From NCBI GenBank assembly GCA_043819795.1, contig JBDREN010000006.1:1-15638 (forward strand): DNA of 15,638 nt, read 5' to 3'. Shown here in pieces: positions 15,637-15,638 of this stretch (positions are counted from its first letter, which is position 1; each line of letters begins with the position of its first letter). Both the position numbers and the translations under genes were made by a program. The notes beneath the pieces are model-generated. The model did not search any database, was not told the DNA's origin, and was given only the letters and a program-made list of their open reading frames with translations. This DNA is from Elusimicrobiota bacterium (lineage in GTDB: Bacteria > Elusimicrobiota > Elusimicrobia > UBA1565).

Positions 15637-15638
15637 TC

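Overview
High-GC bacterial window with two parts. Positions 1-3893 hold nested mobile DNA. An IS1182-like insertion sequence (transposase 1581->1, running off the window edge and absent from the ORF track) sits at a CGTC-tagged REP-like palindrome. Its left terminal inverted repeat is split by a complete RT-encoding group II intron (3850->1694, minus strand). The intron's EBS1 is complementary to the IR, its termini and catalytic core are non-canonical, and domain III carries a ~125-nt structured insert. The rest is chromosomal. On the plus strand: a NapC/NirT-type tetraheme cytochrome c coupled to a Tat-exported flavin oxidoreductase (+1 frameshift in a C5 run), a second REP-like element, a small TPR-like protein, a carboxylesterase and a caspase-domain lipoprotein. 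On the minus strand: pfkA and a tightly coupled five-gene operon behind a sigma-54-type promoter. That operon encodes a HydABC/NuoEFG-like (probably electron-bifurcating) flavin/Fe-S module with no hydrogenase or formate dehydrogenase catalytic domain, joined to a stand-alone FMN-binding glutamate-synthase-family protein. All calls come from reading motifs by eye; no searches were run.
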